DNA from: a candidate division FCPU426 bacterium
Lineage (GTDB): Bacteria > Oederibacteriota > PGYV01 > Palsa-1178
DNA length: 64,000 nt
Direction: 5' to 3'
NCBI GenBank assembly: GCA_963840035.1
Contig: CAWIXE010000001.1
Location: 512,001-576,000, forward strand
Part shown: positions 49,225 through 57,976 of the stretch, piece after piece
Layout: each line of letters starts with the position of its first letter
Position numbering within the stretch: position 1 is the stretch's first letter
The notes under the pieces: model-generated
What the model was told of the DNA's origin: nothing
The model's database searches: none
What the model saw: only the letters and a program-made list of their open reading frames with translations
Position numbers and translations under genes: made by a program

Positions 49225-51267
49225 ATGAACACAGAAGATTATAAAGAAGCGTTTTTAGAGGAAGCCGCTGAGAATGTAAACATTCTCAACAAAGCCTTGC
49301 TTGCCTTTGAAAAAAACATAGATGACTTAACGCCGTTAAACGAACTTTTCCGCGCGGCGCATACCTTAAAAGGCATGTCAGCCACCATGGGCTACGATAA
49401 GATGGCGGAATTCACCCACATGCTCGAAGAAGTCATGGATAAGATACGCGGGGGAATGCTCGCGCCCGGCCTCGACGTGGTGAACCTGCTTTTTAAGTCC
49501 ATAGATATAATGCAGGAATTTGTGGAAAACATTAAAACAAAAAACGTGGATTTTGCCGATGGCTACCGGGAAACCATAGACCGTATAAAGCAGATAAAGG
49601 GAACCTCGTCCGAAGAAATAAAAACCGCCCCGGCAAAACCGCAGCCGGCCCCGGCCATTCCCGGCGCCCGCGCCCTGGCAGGCGTGTCCATAGACCTTGA
49701 AATAGAAGCAATGGCCCTTGAAGAAGCGGCAAAGCAGTCCATGAAGGTTTTTAAAATACGCGTGGCCGTGGCAAGGTCTTGCGCCTTTAAAAATGTGCGC
49801 TCATTTATGGTATTCAGGAACCTCTCCGAAAAAGGGGAAATAATAAAAGCAAACCCGAAAGCCAAGGACATAGAAGAGGGTAATTTTGATTACGCGTTCA
49901 CCCTGGGGTATGTGACAAGCTTATCAGCTGATGAGGTGAACAAGCTCATCTCCAGGATCGCCGAGATTGACAGCGTCGAAGTCGAGGAAATAAAGCTTCC
50001 GGAAAATCCGGCCGGGGCCCCGGCATCGGCGCAGGAAGACAGGGATGAAAAACAGGAACACGCAGATGAAAAAAAAGAAAAAGCGCCGAAGGACAAAAAA
50101 GGCCCGCTTTCACAGAGCGTGAGGGTGAATATAGAAAAACTTGACTCCATGATGAACTTAGTCGGGGAGCTTGTGATAAACAAGATAAGGCTCGACCAGA
50201 TAACCAAGAGCAAATCATTCGGGGAGTTATCGCCCACGGTCGCTGAATTTGACAGGATCATAGACGCGCTGCAGATAGAAGTAACGGATGTCCGCATGCT
50301 TCCCGTGTCGCACATATTCGACAGGTACCCGAGGGTCATCAGGGATTTAGCCGCGGACGCAGGCAAACAGATAGAAGTGGAAATAATCGGAGGAGACATT
50401 GAAATAGACAGGACAGTGCTTGAGGAGATAAACGAGCCTGTCATGCACTTAATCAGGAATTCCGTGGCGCACGGCATAGAGATACCTGACAAGAGGGAAA
50501 TGGCGGGAAAGAACAGAAAAGGCGTGATAAGGATGTCCGCGCGCAGGGAACGCAACTCAGTTATCATAGAAGTATCGGACGACGGCGCAGGGGTTAACGT
50601 GGAAAAGGTCAGAAAAAAAGCGGTGGAAAAGGGCATAATGCCTGCGGATAAAATAGAGAGTTTGTCTGAAGAAGAAGCGGTAAATCTAATAACCCTCCCG
50701 GGTTTTTCCACGGTAGATAAGGTTAATACGGTATCAGGAAGGGGCGTCGGCGTCGACGTTGTAAAAACAAAAGTCGAGGCGTTCGGCGGTATCTTTAAGA
50801 TAGAAAACCATCCCGGCGAGGGAATGAAGTCGATTCTAAAACTGCCGCTTACGCTGGCAATCATACAGGCGCTTTTAGTCAAGGCGGGCGGCGGAATATA
50901 CGCCATACCGGTCATACATACCATAGAAACAGTGGAACTCCCGATAACCGAGATAAAAGTCATTCAGGACCGCAGGGTGCTGGTGCTGCGGGATGAAGTT
51001 GTGCCTGTGCTCTCGCTGGCTGAGCTTATAGGCAAGCCCAGGGACGTGCATGATGTGGTGCACATGGTCATCATAGAGTCGCGTGAAAAGAAGATAGCCA
51101 TGGAAGTGGAGGCTGTAATCGGCCAGCAGGAAATAGCCATCAAAAGCCTCGGTGAATTTTTAAAGTACGCAAAGGGTTTTTCCGGAGTGACAATACTTGG
51201 CGACGGGTCGATAAGCCTTATAGTGGACGTGCAGTCGCTCATTGAGGCGAATATAAAGCTGGTGTAA
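49225..51267 (+). CDS. cheA: Chemotaxis histidine kinase CheA
   Basis: FRAAHTLKG, P2 domain, MNLVGELVI, HLIRNSVAHG, SGRGVGVDVV, LPLTLAI, C-terminal CheW domain. Confidence 0.98.
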   Translation: MNTEDYKEAFLEEAAENVNILNKALLAFEKNIDDLTPLNELFRAAHTLKGMSATMGYDKMAEFTHMLEEVMDKIRGGMLAPGLDVVNLLFKSIDIMQEFVENIKTKNVDFADGYRETIDRIKQIKGTSSEEIKTAPAKPQPAPAIPGARALAGVSIDLEIEAMALEEAAKQSMKVFKIRVAVARSCAFKNVRSFMVFRNLSEKGEIIKANPKAKDIEEGNFDYAFTLGYVTSLSADEVNKLISRIAEIDSVEVEEIKLPENPAGAPASAQEDRDEKQEHADEKKEKAPKDKKGPLSQSVRVNIEKLDSMMNLVGELVINKIRLDQITKSKSFGELSPTVAEFDRIIDALQIEVTDVRMLPVSHIFDRYPRVIRDLAADAGKQIEVEIIGGDIEIDRTVLEEINEPVMHLIRNSVAHGIEIPDKREMAGKNRKGVIRMSARRERNSVIIEVSDDGAGVNVEKVRKKAVEKGIMPADKIESLSEEEAVNLITLPGFSTVDKVNTVSGRGVGVDVVKTKVEAFGGIFKIENHPGEGMKSILKLPLTLAIIQALLVKAGGGIYAIPVIHTIETVELPITEIKVIQDRRVLVLRDEVVPVLSLAELIGKPRDVHDVVHMVIIESREKKIAMEVEAVIGQQEIAIKSLGEFLKYAKGFSGVTILGDGSISLIVDVQSLIEANIKLV

Positions 51268-51334
51268 TACAATTTTATATTTGAAATTTTCAATTTTAAA
51301 TTAATTGCAAGAAAGACGAAATAAGGAGAATACA

Positions 51335-51958
51335 ATGGCGGACGGAAGTTTACAGAATCTTTCGGACATACAGACAGACGCGTTAAAAGAGGTCGGGAAC
51401 ATAGGCGCGGGGCACGCTGCCACGGCGCTTTCCCAGCTTATAAAGAAAAAAATAATGATATCAGTGCCGACGGTAAAAGTCATCAAGTCGCAGGACATAG
51501 AGACACTTCTGGGCGACCCGAACACGCTGGTGGCCGGCATCATTATGAATGTATTGGGCGATATAACCGCGAAAATCCTTCTTCTTTTAACCAGGGAATC
51601 GGCCCTTTCGCTTGTGGATATGCTACTGCAGAAACCCGTCGGGTCCACAAAAGTATTATCCGAGGTGGGAAACTCCGCCATAAAGGAAACAGGAAACATC
51701 CTAGCCGGGGCATACATGAATTCTTTGAACGAGTTTCTGGGGCTCATGCTTTTGCCGTCGGTCCCGAATCTCGTATTTGATATCTCAAGCGCGATACTTT
51801 CATCGCTCTCTGACGGTTTTGACGGGATGTCACAGCACATCCTTTCCATAGAAACGCAGTTTTCGGAAGCAAATGAAAAGGTCATTAAAGGTTATTTACT
51901 CCTGATACCGGACGAGCCTTCGGTGAAGGTGTTGTTGCAGTCGATAAAGGTTGGGTAA
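51335..51958 (+). CDS. cheC: CheC phosphatase (second copy)
   Basis: DALKEVGNIGAGHAATALSQL and SAIKETGNIL; RBS AAGGAG. Confidence 0.95.
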   Translation: MADGSLQNLSDIQTDALKEVGNIGAGHAATALSQLIKKKIMISVPTVKVIKSQDIETLLGDPNTLVAGIIMNVLGDITAKILLLLTRESALSLVDMLLQKPVGSTKVLSEVGNSAIKETGNILAGAYMNSLNEFLGLMLLPSVPNLVFDISSAILSSLSDGFDGMSQHILSIETQFSEANEKVIKGYLLLIPDEPSVKVLLQSIKVG

Positions 51959-51968
51959 GCAGTAAACC

Positions 51969-52050
51969 GTGCGGGATGGATCGTGCGGGGTGCGGGATGG
52001 ATCGTGCGGGGTGCGGGATGGATCGTGCGGGGTGCGGGATAAGGCGTGCG
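51969..52050. repeat. 21-bp tandem repeat made of heptamers
   Basis: (gtgcggg atggatc gtgcggg) x3, then gtgcggg ataaggc gtgcg. Confidence 0.9.
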
Positions 52051-52126
52051 TAATTTAAAATACGCACGGACGGCGCACTGCGGGCGCACGAATTTTCAGG
52101 CACGTATCACGTTATAGGGAGAAATA

Positions 52127-54250
52127 ATGGCCGTTTTCGCTTTAGACATAGGAACCCGCAAGGTAGCCGGCATATTAGGCGAGCTTCGCGGAGAGAGAGT
52201 GCACATCATAGATGCCGTTTTAATGGAGCATGAAAAACGCGCCATGATAGACGGGCAGATACACTCCATAGAGGGCGTCACAGACATTGTGCGCAAAATA
52301 AAGAACGAGCTTGAAATGCGCAACGGCATTATAATTGAAAAGGTCACAACAGCGCTCGCGGGCAGGAGCCTTCATACGGAAAAGACGGATGTTATCATAG
52401 AAAAAAAGGGCGATGTCACGAAGGAAGACCTGGCTTACCTGGAGATGTTAAGCGTAAAGCAGGCAAATGAAAAGCTGACCGGCCAGAAAAAACTTGATTA
52501 TTACTGCGTGGGTTATTCCACGGTTTCATTCTCCGTCGACGGCGAGGTAATGAAGTCCCCGCTGCAGCAGCTGGCAAAAAGGTCGCTTGGCATTTCCACC
52601 ATAGTTACATTCCTTCCCAAACCGGTATTTGACTCCATGGTCACGGTCTTAAACAACTGCGGCCTGGTCATAGACGCGATAACGCTTGAGCCAATAGCGG
52701 CGTTATCAGTCACAATCCCGGAGGACATGAGGCTTTTAAACCTCGCGCTTGTGGACGTGGGCGCGGGAACATCGGACATCGCGATAACTGACAAGGGTAA
52801 AATAACAGCGTATGGCATGATACCAAAAGCAGGGGACGAGATAACTGAAGCGATCTGCCATGAATTCCTGGTGGATTTTAACACGGCGGAAAAAGTAAAG
52901 AGGAAAGCTGAAAGCCCGGAAGAAGCCGGGGCTAAAGACATATTTAATAACCCTGTGATTGTTACCGCGGAAAAATTCCGCGAGGCGGTATTTGCAAAGA
53001 CAGAAGAAGTGGCCAAAGATGTTGCAGACGGAATTTTAATGTTAAACGGAAAACAGCCGCAGGCGGTTGTCATGGTAGGCGGCGGAAGTTCGCTTATGCT
53101 TTTACGCGAGCGCGTGGCCGCGAATTTAAGCCTGCCGGTGGGCAGGGTCGGCGCGAGGACCCCGGAGACCATTACAAACATAGAAAACCTGCCTGACGTG
53201 TTAAAGGGCACTGAAGGAATAACCCCCCTTGGCATACTCGAGACCGCGCTTTTCAAAAGGGGCATAGGATTTGTGGATGTCACTGTAAACGGCGAAAAAG
53301 AATACGTCATAAACCTCGACCAGGAGATAAAAGTCGTGGACGTGCTGGCGTCGCGCGGCATGGAAATGAAGAGGCTTTACGGAAAACCCGGAAACTCGCT
53401 TACCTTTACATTTAACGGAGAGCTTAAGATACTGCGCGGGAGCCACGGCGAACACGCGAAAATATATGTCAACAACGACGAGAGACAGCTTGAAGACAGG
53501 GTATATAAAGGCGACGCCATATTCATAACGTCGGCAAAAGACGGCGCTTCAGCCTCGGCCATAATAAGGGACATCATAGGCGAACACTACGTCACAGTAG
53601 TTGAGATAAACGGCAAGAAACACGAGATAGCGCCGCTGGTCCTGCGCGAAGGCAGGGAAGTCACAATAGACGAGCCTTTAACGGACAGGGCGGATATTAC
53701 AGCGGAGAGGATAGACATGGCCGCGGACGTGCTTGCAAGGGCCGGCTATGAGATAAAGGCGTCGAACGAGCGCGACATCATAATAACAGTCAACGGCGAA
53801 CCGCAGGTTTTAAAGCAGAGGAACTACCAGCTGAAGGTAAACGGCGTAGAAGTCGCGGCCGATTATAAGCTGCGCAACATGGACAGGGTGGAATACAAGG
53901 ACACGCCGGCGTATTACAGGGTAAAAGACGTGCTGAAAACCTCGCGCAAGCACAAGATAAGCGTCATCATAAACGGCAAGCCTTTTGAGATGGAACAGGA
54001 AAATTCCGGAATATTCATGAACGGAAAGAAAGTCTCGGAGGACGAGTTCCTCATTAACGGCGCCTCCATAGACATAAAATCAAACGAAGAAAAAATGATA
54101 CTATCCTCGGTATTTAAGTTCTACCCCATAGACACGCAGAGAATCAAAGGAAGGCTCCTGGAGCTGAAGGTTAACGGCGAAAAAGCCGGCTACACCACCC
54201 AGATAACCGAAGGCGCAAACATAGAAATAAACTTCACAGACGCGGTATAA
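52127..54250 (+). CDS. FtsA/PilM-like actin-fold ATPase with C-terminal beta-grasp (ThiS/ubiquitin-like) repeats
   Basis: ALDIGTRKV, LEPIAA, LVDVGAGTSD, VGGGS; C-terminal half has recurring (V/I)NG motifs ending LKVNGEKAGYTTQITEGANIEI. Confidence 0.8.
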   Translation: MAVFALDIGTRKVAGILGELRGERVHIIDAVLMEHEKRAMIDGQIHSIEGVTDIVRKIKNELEMRNGIIIEKVTTALAGRSLHTEKTDVIIEKKGDVTKEDLAYLEMLSVKQANEKLTGQKKLDYYCVGYSTVSFSVDGEVMKSPLQQLAKRSLGISTIVTFLPKPVFDSMVTVLNNCGLVIDAITLEPIAALSVTIPEDMRLLNLALVDVGAGTSDIAITDKGKITAYGMIPKAGDEITEAICHEFLVDFNTAEKVKRKAESPEEAGAKDIFNNPVIVTAEKFREAVFAKTEEVAKDVADGILMLNGKQPQAVVMVGGGSSLMLLRERVAANLSLPVGRVGARTPETITNIENLPDVLKGTEGITPLGILETALFKRGIGFVDVTVNGEKEYVINLDQEIKVVDVLASRGMEMKRLYGKPGNSLTFTFNGELKILRGSHGEHAKIYVNNDERQLEDRVYKGDAIFITSAKDGASASAIIRDIIGEHYVTVVEINGKKHEIAPLVLREGREVTIDEPLTDRADITAERIDMAADVLARAGYEIKASNERDIIITVNGEPQVLKQRNYQLKVNGVEVAADYKLRNMDRVEYKDTPAYYRVKDVLKTSRKHKISVIINGKPFEMEQENSGIFMNGKKVSEDEFLINGASIDIKSNEEKMILSSVFKFYPIDTQRIKGRLLELKVNGEKAGYTTQITEGANIEINFTDAV

Positions 54251-54331
54251 AAACAGGGAAGCATAAGGGCAAATTCTTGAAATATTCAGTATTTTAAAAC
54301 TCTTAACAAAACAAGTCCATGCGGAGGTTCC

Positions 54332-55018
54332 ATGAAAAAATTACTGATTTTAGTTGTTATGTGTCTGTCATTTCCGGCGTTGTATGCATCCGATGAAACT
54401 GCCGCAGCGCAGACAGTGACCCCGGCCGCAAAGAACGCGGTGATATTTGACGGCGCATCAGGTTCAATAACAATGATAGCAAAAGCAATCAAGGCACCGG
54501 CGACAATAGGCATAACCGGGCTTTCATTCAGGTTCTTAAACTCTAAATGGGAAGGATTTGAGATACCAGTAGGAATATCATTTTCATCCAGTGGGGCAGA
54601 CCAATCAGGCAACAATGATTTTCGCGTTGGAGGAAGTATATATACAGGGTATAAGCTCATAATACCGTCATTTATGAATGAGTATATAAGGATATATTCT
54701 ATACCGGGAATTACAGGAAGTTATCAATTCCAGTACGAACACTATAATAGCACGAGTGACCCGGCTTATACAGAATTAAGCCATAGCTTTGGTTTGACCC
54801 TGTATGCAGGGTTGGAGATTGAAGTGCCGATAGGCAAACTTCTGTCGCTCCCGCCAAATACAATATGTGTTTCAAGCGGTGTTTCAGTTTATGGAGGCGG
54901 GACTGTAACGACAAATTATGTAAACGGAAAATATAAGAAAATAACCGCAAATATGAACTGCAGCACAGGCTCATCAGGAACAAGCCTGACAACACTGTCA
55001 GTAAGGTATTATTTTTAA
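54332..55018 (+). CDS. Putative outer-membrane beta-barrel protein
   Basis: Signal peptide; Gly/aromatic strands; C-terminal VRYYF. Confidence 0.6.
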   Translation: MKKLLILVVMCLSFPALYASDETAAAQTVTPAAKNAVIFDGASGSITMIAKAIKAPATIGITGLSFRFLNSKWEGFEIPVGISFSSSGADQSGNNDFRVGGSIYTGYKLIIPSFMNEYIRIYSIPGITGSYQFQYEHYNSTSDPAYTELSHSFGLTLYAGLEIEVPIGKLLSLPPNTICVSSGVSVYGGGTVTTNYVNGKYKKITANMNCSTGSSGTSLTTLSVRYYF

Positions 55019-55033
55019 GGACACGAAAATACA

Positions 55034-55195
55034 ATGACGGATAATAAAACAGCAATACAAGAACAGGCAGAAAAACCATTATCCATATTTATTAAAGGGC
55101 TGGTAATTGGGGTTGTCGTACTTATAACAGGCGTAGTCATCTATATAGCCGCGTTTGTTTTGCCTGTCGCGTTAACCCTTTCAGGCTGGGAATAA
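55034..55195 (+). CDS. 53-aa membrane peptide (missed by ORF track)
   Basis: MTDNKTAIQEQAEKPLSIFIKGLVIGVVVLITGVVIYIAAFVLPVALTLSGWE; fills the gap after the OMP-like gene. Confidence 0.5.
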   Translation: MTDNKTAIQEQAEKPLSIFIKGLVIGVVVLITGVVIYIAAFVLPVALTLSGWE

Positions 55196-55198
55196 ACT

Positions 55199-55267
55199 GT
55201 AGAGAGGCGGCTTGCTGCCTCTCACAGCAGAACGCCGCGTCTGAGAGGGGGCAAGCCCCCTCTCTAC
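55199..55267. repeat. REP doublet
   Basis: gtagagaggcggcttgctgcctctc ... gagagggggcaagccccctctctac. Confidence 0.75.
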
Positions 55268-55280
55268 AAGATCAAAATAT

Positions 55281-55323
55281 TTGACAAAAACTTCCTTAGA
55301 GTGTATACTTGAAGTGTACACTT
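55281..55323 (+). promoter_or_regulatory. Sigma70 promoter with TA operator palindromes
   Basis: TTGACA-N17-TATACT; agtgtatact (55300-55309) and aagtgtacactt (55312-55323). Confidence 0.75.
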
Positions 55324-55335
55324 AAGGAGGCGGTT

Positions 55336-55584
55336 ATGAAGGCGAACTTTTTGGACTTTAGAAAACACACAAAGAACATCATCAAAGCCCTTGAATTAAA
55401 CGAAACTGTCACAGTTATGTACCGTGGCAAGGAAAAGGGCAAACTATACCCCACCGGCAGCCAAAAAAACACAAAAACATCGGTTAAAGATCATCCTGTG
55501 TTCGGCATGTGGAAGAACAGGCAGGACATGACGGATCCTGTCAAATACGTGCGCAAGATAAGGGAGTCGCGGCATGATTTTTGA
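55336..55584 (+). CDS. Phd/YefM-like antitoxin
   Basis: RBS AAGGAGG; MKANFLDFRK...TVTVMYRGK; FGMWKNR; overlaps a PIN toxin. Confidence 0.75.
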   Translation: MKANFLDFRKHTKNIIKALELNETVTVMYRGKEKGKLYPTGSQKNTKTSVKDHPVFGMWKNRQDMTDPVKYVRKIRESRHDF

Positions 55585-55951
55585 TACGGATATTTTGATA
55601 TGGGTAATGCGTGGAAATGAAAAGGCCGCAAAGCTGGTGCAATCGGCGTACAGACGTTTTATTTCAGTGGTTACTTATATGGAACTTATTCAGGGCTGCA
55701 GGGATAAGGGCGAATTACTTAATATTAAATCTTTTTTGGAAGAATTTGATTTTGATATGCTTGCATTAACTGAAAATACAGGTCACAGGGCGTCCATTTA
55801 TATTGAACAATACGCTTTAAAGTCAGGGATGAGGCTGGCAGACGCCTTAATCGCATCAACCGCGGTAGAGCGTGCGTTGCCTTTATCCACGGCAAATGTT
55901 AAAGATTATAAAATGATTACTGATATTGATTTAAAGGCGTTTCATCCTTAA
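55574..55951 (+). CDS. vapC: VapC-family PIN-domain toxin
   Basis: IFDTDILI, TYMEL, LADALIASTA, TANVKDY. Confidence 0.9.
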   Translation: MIFDTDILIWVMRGNEKAAKLVQSAYRRFISVVTYMELIQGCRDKGELLNIKSFLEEFDFDMLALTENTGHRASIYIEQYALKSGMRLADALIASTAVERALPLSTANVKDYKMITDIDLKAFHP

Positions 55952-56475
55952 AAAAACACCTGAGTGACCCTTATTTTTTTATCCTTCGATATTGACGCGC
56001 CTGTTCCAACCAGCGTGTAATCCCCGTTTAAAATATTTTTCCTGTGGCCTTCGCTGTTCATCCAGCCCCTGACAATCCTCCACGCCATCTGGTCGACCGG
56101 CTCTAAATACGGCGATTCAACCCCGTTTTCCTCCATATAAGACTGGTGCTGGGCAATGTTTTCGCCAACGCCTATGCGGGTGGAGTTCTTTTTTTCCAGC
56201 CTGATGTTATATCCGGCTTTTTTTGCACGGTCATTCGGGGACAAACCTTCTGGGGTGACGTGCGAGGTGTAATCCCTTTTTGCCATGTCAGTGGAGTGGG
56301 CTGAGGCGATTTGGGAAAGTTTGGCTGAGGCTTTCAGGGGCTTAAGGCCGTTTTTGACCCGTTCTTTGTTGACGTAAGAGAAGACCTTTTGCTCGAGGGT
56401 GGTCTTATAGTCGGAGGCATGGCAGAGTATTGGCGTTAAGGATAAAACAAAAAGAAACAGTAATAATTTTTTCAT
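55948..56475 (-). CDS. Secreted CAP/SCP-domain protein
   Basis: VNKERVKNGL, AHSTDM, GENIA, WMNSEGHRKNIL; signal peptide from ATG 56475. Confidence 0.92.
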   Translation of the reverse strand: MKKLLLFLFVLSLTPILCHASDYKTTLEQKVFSYVNKERVKNGLKPLKASAKLSQIASAHSTDMAKRDYTSHVTPEGLSPNDRAKKAGYNIRLEKKNSTRIGVGENIAQHQSYMEENGVESPYLEPVDQMAWRIVRGWMNSEGHRKNILNGDYTLVGTGASISKDKKIRVTQVFF

Positions 56476-56617
56476 ATAATAATTATATATCACGATATGA
56501 TGAAAGTAAAGACGCAGTCGTAGAGACGGGGCTCGTCCCCGTCTAAGTGCAGGGGTTTGCAATCAAGGCAGTAGACGCCCACGAGGGGCGTCTCTACGAG
56601 TTCTAAAACCAACACGC

Positions 56618-56735
56618 GGGCCGCCACATAGCCATGTCCCGCAAAGCGGGAGGCGGCCCCTACAGGGAATGTCTGTTTTATTTGCCCCTGTAGGGGCGAC
56701 CTCCCGCTTTGCGGGACATGGCCATGTGGTCGCCC
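56618..56735. repeat. Inverted pair of REPs with internal sub-hairpin
   Basis: gggccgccacatagccatgtcccgcaaagcgggaggcggcccctac ... gtaggggcgacctcccgctttgcgggacatggccatgtggtcgccc. Confidence 0.8.
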
Positions 56736-56851
56736 GACAGGCAAGTAATTATTTATTGACTAATCATTTGTTTGTGTTTATATTATCTGCTACAAGGTAG
56801 GGTTTGCAATTGGGAATTGCAAATTACAAATACAAACATATAGGGGGCTAT

Positions 56852-57958
56852 ATGGATTCACGTACTGCTTTAATTGCTTTGAACATGGTGCCGGGGATTG
56901 GTTCTGTAAAACTCAACAGGCTAATCGGCGCTTTCGGGTCGCCTGAGGACGTATTTAAGGCATGCGCGGAAGATTTGGCGCGCGTGGAAGGCATCGGCAC
57001 TGAGATAATAAGGCACATCATTAATTTTCCGGATATTTTCAACATAGATAAGGAACTAAAGGAATGCGAAGAGAAATCCATAAAGATCATAACCATATAC
57101 GACGACGCCTACCCAGTTCTTTTAAAAAAGATATTTGACCCGCCGCCCGTGCTTTATACCGCAGGCGCTTTTGAGAGATGGCCGGACCATTCCATGAACT
57201 TAGGCATTGTCGGCACCAGGATGGCTTCAGATTATGGCGAGCGCGCTTTAAAAAAAATCATAGAAGAGATACGCGCCTCAAAACTGCGCTTTAACACTGT
57301 CTCGGGCATGGCGCGGGGAATAGACGTTATCGCGCACATGGAGTCATTAAAGTGCGGCATTTATACGGCGGCTGTCCTGGGGTTCGGGCTTAACAAGCTT
57401 TATCCCTTTGACAAACATTACATTGCAGGGCATATAATAAAGAACGGCTGCCTTGTGTCGGAGTTCCCGCTGAACATGCTTCCTTTAAAGCAGAACTTCC
57501 CCCGCAGGAACAGGGTCATATCGGGCTTGTCCGACGCGGTGCTTGTCGTGGAGGCGGGCGAAAGGAGCGGCGCTCTTATTACTTCGGACTACGCGCTTGA
57601 GCAGGGCAGGGACGTTTTTGCGGTGCCGGGGTCCATATTCGCGGACAAATGCATGGGCACGAACTGGCTGATAAAGCAGGGGGCAAAACCCGTCACATCC
57701 TTTTTTGACATTGCCGAGGAGTATGAACTGCTGGGAAAGCCGGGACACAAGCAGATGGAACTGAAGCTGACCCTGCCGGATATGAACGAAAATGAGAGGA
57801 AAATATACGATATTTTGACTTTTGAAAAAAAACATATTGACAATATAGCAATTGAAAGTAATATAGAGGTTATTAAATTGGGCGCCACACTCACCATAAT
57901 GGAGATGAAAGGCGCGGTCAAGCAGTTAAGCGGCAAGAACTTCATAAAAGCCGTATAA
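56852..57958 (+). CDS. dprA: DNA-processing protein DprA
   Basis: DPPPVLY, IVGTR, SGMARGID, FPRRNRVISGLS, VEAGERSGALIT. Confidence 0.97.
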   Translation: MDSRTALIALNMVPGIGSVKLNRLIGAFGSPEDVFKACAEDLARVEGIGTEIIRHIINFPDIFNIDKELKECEEKSIKIITIYDDAYPVLLKKIFDPPPVLYTAGAFERWPDHSMNLGIVGTRMASDYGERALKKIIEEIRASKLRFNTVSGMARGIDVIAHMESLKCGIYTAAVLGFGLNKLYPFDKHYIAGHIIKNGCLVSEFPLNMLPLKQNFPRRNRVISGLSDAVLVVEAGERSGALITSDYALEQGRDVFAVPGSIFADKCMGTNWLIKQGAKPVTSFFDIAEEYELLGKPGHKQMELKLTLPDMNENERKIYDILTFEKKHIDNIAIESNIEVIKLGATLTIMEMKGAVKQLSGKNFIKAV

Positions 57959-57976
57959 ACCAAAGCGGAGAGACAA

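Noticed and set aside
45601..50963. Long antisense ORFs (325-357 aa) opposite the MCP, cheB and cheA
   Set aside because: They are shadow frames of strongly biased coding genes and have no recognisable motifs.
51969..52050. Possible CRISPR or short coding repeats (IPHPAR ORFs)
   Set aside because: No spacers are present, and the ORFs are translations of a tandem repeat on the strand opposite the operon.
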